Below are positions 1 through 11,732 of a stretch of DNA of 64,000 nt, piece after piece; the first letter of the stretch is position 1; each line of letters opens with the position of its first letter. A program made the position numbers and the translations under genes. The notes beneath the pieces are model-generated. The model searched no databases. It was not told the origin of the DNA and saw nothing but the letters and a program-made list of their open reading frames with translations. The DNA comes from Ramazzottius varieornatus (Eukaryota; Animalia; Tardigrada): contig BDGG01000009.1 in the NCBI GenBank assembly GCA_001949185.1, forward strand, positions 547,624 through 611,623. Reading direction: 5' to 3'.

Positions 1-145
1 TCGCTGATATTGGCTGTCAGCATGCGCTACTTGGAAGAAACTCGACAAGCGAACCCTTTCTAATGGCGCACTTTTCCGATGATATCAGTTGGAATCGTGC
101 GCCACTTGGAAAAGCGATCTGGTCGTATTTGTTTGCTGAGCTCCC
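1..145. repeat. Palindromic GTGGCGCAC element (dimer, truncated by window edge), ATG12 intron
   Basis: TGGCGCAC-N25-GTGCGCCACTT core and GAGCTCCC end. Confidence 0.85.
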
Positions 146-156
146 AATCCCTATAG

Positions 157-390
<234 letters not shown>

Positions 391-1034
391 TGCGTAGCAA
401 TTCGTCTGAACGACTGCGTGGATGCCCGAAAGTTGAATAATAGCCGATGACCGCGTCTTTCATCTGCTACCATTCATCAGGGACGTCAGGGTTTGGGCTC
501 TTTGGATTCATGCTGATGGTGGAAAGGGTCCGACAAAGAATTTCCGTGTCTGTGATCTCTGGCTCGTGATGTTGTTTGAGGAAATAATCATCATGTGGTT
601 TCTGTTTTATCCCAGAATAAAGATTCGACGAGCATGCATTCCTTGTTGAGTTTAGTTTCCACCCTTCGGCTAGCGTGAAATGTGCGGTCTTGCTCTAAGA
701 GGCAGGCTGTGATGTTGTGGTTAGGAATTTCACATGGCTATGTTGGAAGCTGTGGGTTAGAAGGGTCATAGACTCCGAATGCAAAAGTTACGTCGAGGAT
801 AAAAATAGAACGTTAGTGTCTGCAACCGCTCAGTTGGCGCAGTTAGACCAGTATAAACATTGCGTCCCAAAGGCTGTGTGAGTCTTCAGCAAAATCATTG
901 ATACAGTTCTGACTGCCGTCTCCTTTCGTCTTTAGATGTCTAAATCTCGGGCTGAAAAGAAAACATTAGACCTTGCGGCGTCGTACGACCGCTCGACTGC
1001 GTCTCGGGAATTTTCTTCGCACGATTAAGGCACA

Positions 1035-3044
1035 ATGGTGGTAATCACGGCGGTGGCACCTTACTCACGTGGAGATGTCATTATGCGGAACAAGCCATGG
1101 GCTTATGTCTTGGAACAGAAACATGCCGCTTCTTACTGCCATTATTGTTTCCGCCGGTAAGTGAACATATCCAAATTAGTTTAATAAAACTCGACCAGAT
1201 CGTTTCCCACGTTGCGCACACTTACACTGGCTGGAGCCGTGCGCCGCTTTGGAAAACGATTTGTTCGAGTTCATTTGCTGAGCTCCCATTTTTTCTTCAC
1301 GACATGACATGACGAAGTTGATGTGAGATGCTGTTTTGTTTATAGACCAGTGGCTTTAAAGGATGAGGCTCTCAAGCGGTGTACCCAATGCCTGTTTGCC
1401 CACTATTGCGGAGCAAAGTGCGCGAAAGCAGCCTGGAAGGACCACAAGATCGAGTGCAAGAAACTAGAAAGTCTTCGAGAGAGCAAAAGCGACATTCCGG
1501 AATGCAACATCCGTCTGCTTGCTCGCATGATAACCAAGCTACGCAGAGGCGAGCGATCGGATCCGCCTGAAGCTTGCTCACCGCCGACCGAAAGAACTTA
1601 CGACTCCCTATGCACACACGCTGACAAAGTACTGCAATTCCTCATTTCCTCTCTGTACTTTTCGGGCCCTCGGTTCAGCCATTCCAAAGAACAGTTCCAG
1701 ACTATTTCTATCTCTATTTTCCAGATAAATACTTCGGTCATCCAAATTACGGCTTTCACCTTTATCGTCGAAAAGCTCGTCGCTTTCCTGGGGAAAGAAA
1801 ACATGCCGGAAGACGGCGAAGTATTGAAGGACGCCTACAGCAAGCTGATCGTGAACGCAATGACGCTGTACGACGGAAGCTGGCCATATGGTACGAGCTG
1901 CTAGTTTCAGTATTGAATTCTGAACAAAAGACTTATTTGGGAGCCCGGCAAATAAAACTTACATTAAACCTACAAAAGCGTTATTTCGGGTGGCGCACTA
2001 TCTCGGTCTTATTGGCAGACAGCGTACGCCACTGGAGAAAATCGACAAGATTGTTTTCTCAAGTAGCGCACGGTTTCGTTGTAATTAGCCGACAGCTTGC
2101 GCCACTTGTGAGTTTGACCTCGTACGTTTCGTATGCCGGCGTCCCATTTCGCTTTTGTGTCTTCAGGGATCGGCGCGGCACTTCCTCTTGGAGCCACCCG
2201 TTTCGACCACGCCTGTAAGCCGAACGCCGACTACATGATCCGCGACGGTTGCGTGATCGTCATCACCGCTCTGACCTCTATTCCCTCCATCGAAGACGTC
2301 CGAATCTGCTACTGCAACGCCATGGAAATGACGGTTCAACGCCAAGCTTTGCTTAGAGAGCACTACTACTTCATATGCCAGTGCGAGTTCTGCCTGGACG
2401 AGAACCGCGACAACATGATGCGCAGCCTCCGCTGTCCCAACAGCAAATGCCCCGGTGTCATACCCAACACCGTCAAGTTCCTCCCACTTCCTTGTACCAA
2501 GTGCGGAAGACTTCTCAGTGGGAAAGACGAATACATCCGTGACGCTGTGGAACTCATGGGGAAGATCAACAACCAGACAGCGTCGTATACGGCGTTGTTC
2601 GAACAACCTTCCACACCGGCTTTGATCCAGCAACAAAAGAACGCTCTCAGGGATCTGGAGAAACTTTACGAAGAAGTCAAGAACGTTCTTTCTCCTTTGA
2701 ATGTTTTCTATTTGAAACTTATAGTTCACCTAGCAGATCATGAGAGTACCCTGGGATGGAAGCTCCACCTCGAGGAGACCGATGCTTATCGGTATTATCA
2801 CGGTTTCTCTTCCTTCTTAGCCATTCGATTAGTCTTACAGGGTGGCTATCAAGTCAACAGTGGGTTGCTGGACAAGGCCGAAGAGTCCCTGAGGGAAGCG
2901 GAAACGATACTGCAGACGACACACGGGATCGATCACCCCGTTTACGCCGACATGATGGACGTGAAGAACGTACAGATACCACAGTTGAGAAAAATGCAAA
3001 AATTAGCCAACAGCATGGGCGCTATACCAAAAAGCAAACAGTAA
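1035..3044 (+). CDS. SMYD-family SET and MYND domain protein (exons ~1035-1156, 1346-1628, 1725-1890, 2167-3044)
   Basis: MYND zinc finger (CHYCF..RCTQCLFAHYCGAKCAKAAWKDHKIEC), SET motifs RFDHACKPN and VRICY, post-SET YYFICQCEFC, C-terminal TPR-like THGIDHP; canonical GT-AG introns. Confidence 0.9.
1186..1287. repeat. Palindromic element monomer, SMYD intron
   Basis: AAACTCGACCAGATCG..GCGCAC/GTGCGCC..TCGAGTT..GAGCTCCC. Confidence 0.85.
1939..2145. repeat. Palindromic element dimer, SMYD intron
   Basis: GGGAG..two cores..GTCCC. Confidence 0.85.
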
Positions 3045-3059
3045 CAGGAATGGGGATAT

Positions 3060-4422
3060 CTACAAAGATTTCTCCATCCAGTAAACTTTGGTGCTGCATC
3101 GTTCTATCACGGATGTCTGGGAGGAGAGAGAAGAGGACATTGGTAGCGGTGGAGGTGGAGGAGCTGAAGGCACGGACTGTAAAATTTCCCTCTGTGAGTT
3201 TTCCCGGTTTAGTTTTTCCGTCGTGGTTCCTGTGCTGATTTCTGTCGAAGGATCTCCCTCTTTATGAAACTGTCTTGAGTTTGATGACGAATTCGTGTTC
3301 GAGGATGCCATTTTGGACATGAGATTTTTAGTCTAGAAAACCAACCAGGACATGTTCAACAAATTTTATCTTCTAGAATCCAGATGAATATTGTAATACT
3401 TTAAAACAACAAAAACTGGAGTCAGCTCCTGACCTTGGAAAGGAGCGAAGAGTCTGCAAAGGTGGACATGGTCGTCACCGGTGGACATTCCTCGTAACCT
3501 AGCTTGGTGTAAAAGGCTTGAGCGTTATAAGTACTGAGGACCAAGCGAGAGAAGCCGAGCCTGAAAATCACCGGAAATGAAAATAGAGATGAATCGCAGC
3601 TGAAGGTACCGAGTAAGTCTGTTGGGGACGTACTTCTTGGCATAGTTTTCCGTATGGTGCATCAAAAGCCTTCCCAGTCCTTTTCTTCTGGTAGATCTGT
3701 CAACGATAACTGCAAAGCTTCATTATCAGCCTGAATCCGGAAAGCTGAATGCTTGAATGATGGTCATACCTGATTCGACATAGCAGTCATCGCTTCTGCC
3801 AGGGATGGAGGCCAGTCGCGAGTGACCAAGGACTTTGTGCGATCTCTCCGAAGTGGACACCATCACGAGCGACAAGGGAAAACGGTCTGAACACTTCCGC
3901 AAGGAATGCAACCTAGAACACAAGGTGACAGTAAAGCTAAAGACCAAGGAACTACTACCAGGCACGAAAAACGTTCACTTCCGGTTTGTCAAAGGACTGC
4001 AGTGACGTCACAGAGGCAAAATCCGTTGACGATGGACAATCAAGCACAGACGCTAATTTGATTGAGCAGACCAATGCCCATTTTTCTTTTGTTTCAATTG
4101 TTTGCGCAAACTACAGAAATTTAAAAGTTCGTAGAATCTGCCTGGTTTTGCACGCTTCCTGCAACCTGCTTGGTCACATGCGGAAACGACTACCGATCGG
4201 ATGGACTATCCCTAGTTGCTCTTATACTGCAATCGAAAGCATCTTGGAGGTAAGCATATATTGTCAACTGGATTCTTACCTAGCTTCCATGCTTCGTTTC
4301 CATTCACTGTTTAGTAACTTCGCGCAGTCTTCCAGATACCTCCAGTCTTCATGTAAAGGGATGATAATGATCTCTGGACCGGAGGTGGTATCTTGCAATC
4401 CGCTAGAAGACGAGTCTGCCAT
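3060..4422 (-). CDS. NAA80: N-alpha-acetyltransferase 80 (actin NAT, NAT6-like GNAT), multi-exon
   Basis: Spliced exons give PLHEDWRYLEDCAKLLNSEWKRS, LHSLRKCSDRFPLSL, GHSRL, RRKGLGR acetyl-CoA motif, FYTKLGY, a polyproline stretch and terminal YWMEKSL like the NAA80 FWMEKDI end. Confidence 0.85.
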
Positions 4423-5744
4423 TCCGAGATGGATCAGATCCGGATTCAGAGACTGGAATTGACGCTGAATCCAGTCGTCACAGCCTCTGGTCACAGCTTA
4501 GTCTGCAGCCGTAGTTCTCCCTGATTCAATTACAACATACATGGCCGCAGAGTAACGGAGATAAAGTCGATGAGAAAGAAGAAGAAGTGGGGAAGACCGA
4601 TTTTTCGGATAGATCCAGCTGAAGTGAGAGTAAAAGTTTGAACGAAACCAATGCAAGTGCTGAATTTTGCTCACTGAACGAAAGTCTTTTGATTGATTGT
4701 TGGTTGACAGGCTGAGTGTTGCACTGTGACGTAGTGCGCCAAGTTATCTGGTAACATAGCCTGCTTGTGCACAGAACCTTTGGTCCTTGGCTTGGAAGGT
4801 TGGAGTCGGCACCCTCCATGGCCCGCTGTACCGCACTCTTCTACTGTGTAATACTCCTTAATGGTCACTGTACTTTCGGCTCGGTAGGTGTCTTCGAACG
4901 GTGTCAGTGATGCTGTGGTAGTGTGGTGGTACCCGGAAGAGTGAAAGCAATAAATATGCAAAGTGGTATCTGCTTTTGTCGAGCTAACCGGCGGATGCAC
5001 GCATCACACGAAGATTAACAGCGTGAGGTGTTATTTATCTTCGGTAAGATTTGTTCCAACCACACCTCATTTTAGACACATCTGTATACGCTGTGGTGTT
5101 GTGGGTTTTATCACGGAATGCTAACAATCATTTGGTGGACGAAGGTTCGTTCACTTGCGAAAGCCTCGTACAGTCGGAGGTAAAATGAAACTATTTCACT
5201 GTCTTTCTAAACGGGATGTCCCCGGAAAGATAATCCTCTGCATCCGCCCTGGCGAACCAGTGACAGAACAACGTGGGCTTTATGCGCAGTTTACCGGTGC
5301 TTTGACGTAACAGCGAACTTGAGAACCTTGAACAGTAGGCACCAATTGGGTGTTGACTCTTTACAGTCCATCAACATCAGCTTCAACTGCCCTACTGCTG
5401 GCTACAGTCATTGATAAGACACAACAATGCGTTTCCGTCTAATATGATTTTTTTCCATAATTTCACGAGCAACCAGAAAGCCAATGGCCAGTCTGCAGCC
5501 AAGCGAACGACTGACATTTGACTTTACCTTTTATTGAACTTCCGAAATCGGTTCGTAAACGTTTATGGTTTGCTGATATATAGACGTCTGGGTTCATCAC
5601 TTTCATTCAAAGGTCCGTTTATTTTTTGGATTGGCGGAAGTTTTTGACACGATTGCGCATGAAAATGTCGTGAACTGCTTGATAAGTTATAGCGGGATTT
5701 TTGAAATCTCCACAGCCGGTATCACGGCTTGTTTGTTGGATGTC

Positions 5745-8700
5745 ATGCGGCAGTTTATATGGATCATATCTTCAAGTCTATATTTCCAGTTTCTTTCAGT
5801 AGACGCAGGTACAGTTTCCAGAGAGGAAAGCTGGAGTTAACATTTGAACGGTGGCAAATGGATTCACCCAGATCGTTCCATCAAGTGGCGCACGTTTATA
5901 CTGGTTTTGGTCAGGAGCGTGCGGCACTTGGGAAAACGAACTGGATGAATCCATTTGCCAACCTCCCATGCAAGTTGATGCAACAAGTATTGTTCTGAAA
6001 ATTTCAAAGTTGCTTTTGGTGTTGTAGTGAAAATCGAGAGTTCGTTCTCGGGGAACTCGGCTCAATGTGTGGACCCGTTCGGAAGTTCCTATAACGCAGG
6101 CGAGAACGTTCCTTCCATAAACCATCCCTGCCGGCAGTGCGTATGTGGTGCGAAAGCCACCATCCTATGCGAGTCCTTGAACCGTATCACCGACTGTCAG
6201 CCGCCAGATGACGCACCCTGCAAGTCAATCAATGGCAGCACCTGTTGCGACCGGAGTTTCAGCTGTGACCGTAGGTTTCATCTTCCGCTTTAGTTGACCA
6301 TTACGTAAGACCGAAATCTGACACTGGTGTATTCGCCTTCTGCCCAGACTTGGTTTCTTGTTCACACGGTGAAATGTCATACCAGCCAGGCGAAAGTGTG
6401 CGACATGAGAAGGAGCAATGCCAAGACTGCAAGTGTGGAACCGGAGGGAAGGTCCGCTGCCAACCGTCGGCCAGCTGTCCCAGACCGGCCTGGATTGGCG
6501 AGCTCGGTGGCACGGACTGCATACCGCTGTACAGCGAGAACAACTGCTGTCCTTCGGACTATTTATGCAGTAAGCAACTTGTTGTTTTTGTCAACGCAGT
6601 TCCATAGGCAAGCCGTAGAAATTTCTCTGAAAAGCTGCAAAGGGAGAATTTGGTGATAATCGGTTGATCCTGATAAATAGCTGATTAATTCCTTCTACGA
6701 AAAAGCGAAAAAATTCAAACTTTTGACAAACATAGTTCAAGTAAGACCTCCGTGAAGAAATTGCCCAGATTGTTCCCAGGTGGCGCACGCTCTCGGCCAG
6801 TGCTGCCAAATTCGCGCGCCACTTGAGCTGGCGATCTGGGTAAATTTGTCGCTGACGTCTTAAAATCAGCCGCAAGAATTTCAGTCATGGAAAAATCACT
6901 TTGGTGTTGCTGGATGACTGGATCAGCTCAACGTGCTTTCGCTTTCTTAGAGTGCGTGACGTTCAACGAGACGATGAGCCGCGGACCGCGGAATGTGGCT
7001 CGCTGCACCACGTGCTCGTGCTCCAAAGGCGGAGGCGTCGTGGCTTGTGAACCGGTCACTTGTAAGATACCCTACAAGTTCTCGGACAAGTGTCGGCCCA
7101 TCTACCGTGGCGACGACTGTTGCCCCATTGACTACGAGTGCGCCTACTCGGGAAAGGGAAAGTTGTTCGAGAATGATCCCGACAAGCAACGGTCAGACTC
7201 CTTCACAACAAGACCGAACACTTGGGACCTCAGTCCACAGTACGCTGCGCAATCCGCACCGCGGTCCAACTCGTACGATGTTCTACCATACGGACAGAAC
7301 ATCTTTGAGAATAGTGCAGACGTCCGAGGTAACAAAGCTTTACGGTCTGGGCCGCTCGGTCGGTCTGACGAAGTTCCAACCGCCACCGCGAAACCGACGA
7401 GCAGGTTCACGCTTCGAACCTCCACGAAGTATACGATAATGAGAAAGACCACGCAAGACGAGATAAACACTCTTGACCAGACGGAGGCAAAGATTGTACA
7501 AGCGACAGGAATGAACGGTACACATGCCATCATGATTTCGGTGAAGGATAACGGGACCGTAGCCGAACCGAAGGTAGCACAAAACTGGAAGTCGATAAGA
7601 CTGTTTTCCGAATGGCGCACGCCTCTAGCAAATAACACCGAAAAATTGCGCCACTTCGGAGAGCAATCAAACTGGACAAGATTGTTCTTTTGAAGTGGCG
7701 CATGCTTTCGGCCCGTAACACTAATAATGTGCGCCACTTATGAAAAAATCTTGTTGAAAACAACCACTCCAAATCACTCAAATCTGGATTGAGTTTCCCT
7801 TGGTTAATCATTTTATTTTTCAGGTTGTGGTTATTGTACAGGAGCAGAAGGGTTCGACACCTGCCCGTCAACCAGTGTCTGGCGATCCTTTGCTCAAACT
7901 TTTCCTGAAAGTTGGCGAAAAGAAAAAGGACGTGAATCCCGGTGGTGGCGTTGTCATTGTTCCCACGACTCAGAAAGCTGCTCAAGATGAGACCCGGCTG
8001 ACTCCCTCGGACATTCTTTCCTACGAAGTCTCGTTACCGGCTTCCAGTCAGCGACCTTCTTTGAACCCTTCGCTCAGGTCCAGACTACGCTCCGACCAAA
8101 GACCGTCCAAAGTACTTTCGGGAACCGCTGGCGTCTGGCGTGGAACCAGTACCGTCTCGCCGAGCAATCTCACCGACACGACATCCAGCCTAACGACCAC
8201 CCCGGGGGTTCCTCAGTCCACAACCGACGGCAGCACGGTCGGAAGCAGTGCTGAGCCGTCCTCGGTTTCGGTTGCCGAAGTGGCCGCCTTGGTGGCGAAC
8301 GAAACGGTCGAAGATTCCACGTCCTTTCACTCCGACCCTGAAATTACCGCCGCAACGTCCAGCAGGTATCATTCATGGGATCATGGTTTTTTTCCAGCGA
8401 TTCAGTGAATGATTTAGAAGATGCAAGGCCGGAAAACTAAAGTACAAGATTTTTATTCCAAATGTAGCACGCTTCTGGCCAATAACAATAAAAAGATGCG
8501 CGACTTGGGAAAGCGAATCAGATCGTCATTCCAAGTCACGCGCTTTCTCGTTAGTGCAGGCTGGAAGCGTACGCCGGTTGATATATCAATGCTGAACGCT
8601 CCTTTTTCTAAAGCCCCAAATATTCCTTGACTTTCTTGGCTTTCAGCACCGAAGGTTCGACGGTAATTCTGTCCACCGGAACATCCGACCTCCAAACAAC

Positions 8701-11396
8701 CGGAGCAGGCGACGTGATAATCTTCGCTGACCACCCCGTTACCGGTACCGCCGAGACCACCGCCACCTCCAGACAAGCCAGTCCAGGTCGACCCAACGCG
8801 CGACGACTGAGCGGGACAGGGACGTCGCGCCTCAACTTCGAGTCACCCACCTTCGCCATGAGTTCTGCCGATGCTGGTTACCTGGCTGACGACCTGTCCT
8901 ACAAGCTCTTCAGCGTGAACTTTTTCCGCTCTCCGCTAACACCGGGTTCCATGCCAGCCAACGCCAAAGCCAGGGCTCGCTCGATGGAAGCCTTGAAGCC
9001 AGGTAATACAAGCCAGTCTGACGGTACCGACGGACAAGGGCAGTCGACTCAGTTACCGCTGCCTAACCTAACGGTCGACAGCAATACCAGTTTAGCAATG
9101 ATAAACGACACCGAACCCGAGCCCCTGTCAGCAGCCGCGTCCTGGCTGTCTAATGTTACGCTATCACCAGATTTCCAAGTCGTCACGTTCGGCTCCATGC
9201 CCAGGAACGCCAACCGGGCCAAGTCCGCAGGCCAGATCCTACCACCAGCTGTACCGGGACTTGGCGGTCCTATGACGGGCTTCTTACCCTTCGAAACCGA
9301 AGTGGAGTTCAAAGGTTTTGGCATGCTGCCTGAAATAGAGATCAAACCGAACTTTAAGGGTCTAGCTGGAGCAGCCGGTCTGGCGGCTATGCTGGGAGGT
9401 GGTGGCGGCGGAGGAGGAGCTGGGGGTACAGGCGTCTTAGGTACTGTGTTTCGAACTATTTGGGAGTTCGGCAGAGAAAAGCGACCCGAACGTTTTCCCA
9501 CATGGCGCACGTTTCACGGGAAATCGGCTGGAAGCTCGCGCCACTTGAGGAAACGTGCCTAGTTTGTGGCGCACGTTTGCAGTCTTATTGGCTGAGCGGG
9601 TGCACCATTTGGGGAACGATTTGATTGACTTTGTTTGCCCAGCTTCCATTTTATCAGTTCACTCGCTTTGATTTTCAGATGTAGTATAACTCCCTTTCTT
9701 GTAGGTGGTCAGCTAGCTGGAGCGCCAGTAAACAATCAGGGCAACAATGGAGCCGCCTTAGCTGGCAGAAGAATGGCGGCTGCGGCTGCCGCTCAAGACG
9801 CTATGGAGGTACAGTACCAATCAACAGAGAAAAATTTAATTCCGATTCTGTCTGCTCTTGCGAATCCAGTTACAATCTCTACTCTGTACCTTTCCTGCAG
9901 CATGGCAGACCAAGATTGAAATTTAAAAATAAATTGAAAGGCTCACTTAGATATTCTTATTCAGGTTCGATCAAAGTTCCGGCATGACGGCAATCTGCAG
10001 GAATTGCTATTGCCTTTTTTCCTCCAGTATTTTCACGATAGATATCATCAAACGTTTTATTTCACAGGAGTTAGCGGAAGGAGGAACCGGTGACGGCGCC
10101 CTAGCACTCGCCGCCACTCTGATGAATCCACATCGACCAATCCCGGCAAGACTGATCGAAAGCGTCTCGATCGGTCGAATCACCACACCTCCAACTACAG
10201 TCTCCATAGTCTACCCCAACGGCACACTCCAAGTAGCCGGCGCCAGCCAGACCGCTACCGAAGGTCGCAGTGGTCGTATCATGGTTCTTGAAAGTGGTAA
10301 CATCGCCGCGACCCTCAACGACATCAAGACCTCCACCAACAAAAACCGAGCGAACCCAAGTTCTCAAATCGCCGAATTCAACTCGTTCTTCGGCTCGCCC
10401 AACCACTATCGCTTCCATGGTCCCATGAGCGATCCCTGGTCCAGTTCAGTCTATTCGGGCGGCACTGGCGCAGCTCCCGCCGCTGCCGCTGGTGGCGCTA
10501 CCACTACACCCGCAGCTGTTACTAAAGACCCCTTTCCTTACGAGACCGTGGCGGACGTCATAGAAGAAGGTGTGATAGAAAAGTGCAAAATTCAGTGAAA
10601 TGTCTAATAATCAATATTAATGAAAATTCAAGCTGGGAGCTCAGCGAACAAACTGAACAAGATCGTTTCCCTAGGTGGCGCACAATTTCGGTGTCATTAG
10701 CTGGGACCGTGCGCCACTTGAAACACCGATCTTGTCGAGTTTAATCGTTTTCCCAAGTGGCGCACGTTTTCAGTGTTATCGCCCAGAGAAGTACGCCACT
10801 TCGGAAAACTCTCGTCCAGTTTGTTTTCCGACATCCCGGTTGTTCAGTCAGCTGGCTAACTCTGGTTCATGATGCTTTTTTCACTAGGTCGCGGGCCAGC
10901 CTTGTCGCAGCTTCTCAGCGCCTTCCAGATGTTCAACGGAGGCGGACCTGGTGGTATTGGTAACGGTGGAGGTTTCGGTATGATGGGCCCGCAGAACCGA
11001 GGTGGTATGGCGGGGATGAATGCCATGCTAAATGGTATGGGTGGAATGGGTATGAGCGGTATGGGTAACATGCACAACAGGAACTTCTTCCCGCAAATGA
11101 TGTTCGCGCCTCAAATGATGGGCACAGGTATGGACGGCGGGATGGGCATGATGGGAGCCAACCGTCTTCTCAGTACCTTGGGCTTCCTCACTGCTTTGGA
11201 AAGCAATGCGAGTCCCCCACAATCGGGACGTATTCCTGTTAGTGCACAGAAATCTGTCAGTGCGGCGGAAGGAGCAAGGTCTGTGGGTCCCAACAACTGG
11301 AACAAGCAGATAGTACGGCCAATGTATAAACTTTCTTCTACTCTAACGGAATCTCCACTTGAAGGCACAGAAAATCAAAAGCCACTGTCCATGTAA
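5745..11396 (+). CDS. Secreted protein with three VWC-like Cys-rich repeats, S/T-rich mucin-like middle and Gly/Met-rich C-terminal region (about 9 exons)
   Basis: Signal-peptide exon MRQFIWIISSSLYFQFLSVDA (5745-5808) splices in frame to 6028; CxxCxC...CC.Y.C repeats at 6060-7145; later exons at ~7823, 8648, 9705, 10068, 10888. Confidence 0.7.
5851..5967. repeat. Palindromic element monomer, VWC gene intron
   Basis: AAGTGGCGCAC-N25-GTGCGGCACTT. Confidence 0.85.
6743..6861. repeat. Palindromic element monomer, VWC gene intron
   Basis: GTGGCGCAC-N25-GCGCGCCACTT. Confidence 0.8.
7579..7760. repeat. Palindromic element dimer, VWC gene intron
   Basis: two cores. Confidence 0.8.
8425..8600. repeat. 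Degenerate palindromic element dimer, VWC gene intron
   Basis: two degenerate cores. Confidence 0.65.
9462..9647. repeat. Palindromic element dimer, VWC gene intron
   Basis: GGGAGTTCGGC..two cores..GCCCAGCTTCC. Confidence 0.85.
10635..10837. repeat. Palindromic element dimer, VWC gene intron
   Basis: GGGAGCTC..two cores..CATCCC. Confidence 0.88.
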
Positions 11397-11503
11397 TTAT
11401 TCTTTCTCCCTTCGGTTTTATGTTCCTAACGCTTTGATCGAGTCACACACAAGCATATCAAAAACAATCTGTTGGTACTTCTCGACCAACATAATGAATA
11501 TAT

Positions 11504-11703
11504 GGGAGGTCGGCGAACGAAGCGTACAACTTCGTTGTTCCAGTAACGCAAGTTTCCAGTTTTGTTCAAAGGCTGAAAGCGTGCGCTAGTTGGAAAACTC
11601 GAAAAATTTTTCTTTCAAAGTAGCGCAGCTTTCATTGGTTATTGGCTGGTGACGTGCGCCACTTGGCTTGACGTTATTGTACGTTTCGTTTGCCAGGTCT
11701 CCC
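11504..11703. repeat. Palindromic element dimer between convergent VWC and GPCR genes
   Basis: AT|GGGAG...CTCCC|AT. Confidence 0.85.
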
Positions 11704-11732
11704 ATTATGGAACTCAAAATGCAGAGAATCTA

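Noticed and set aside
4526-5000. Minus-strand ORFs upstream of NAA80
   Set aside because: No recognisable motifs or consistent splice structure; likely UTR or intergenic.
10675-10963. Short ORFs with recurring VAHVF/CATWK/RAPLGK peptides here and elsewhere
   Set aside because: These are translations of the palindromic element, not a protein family.
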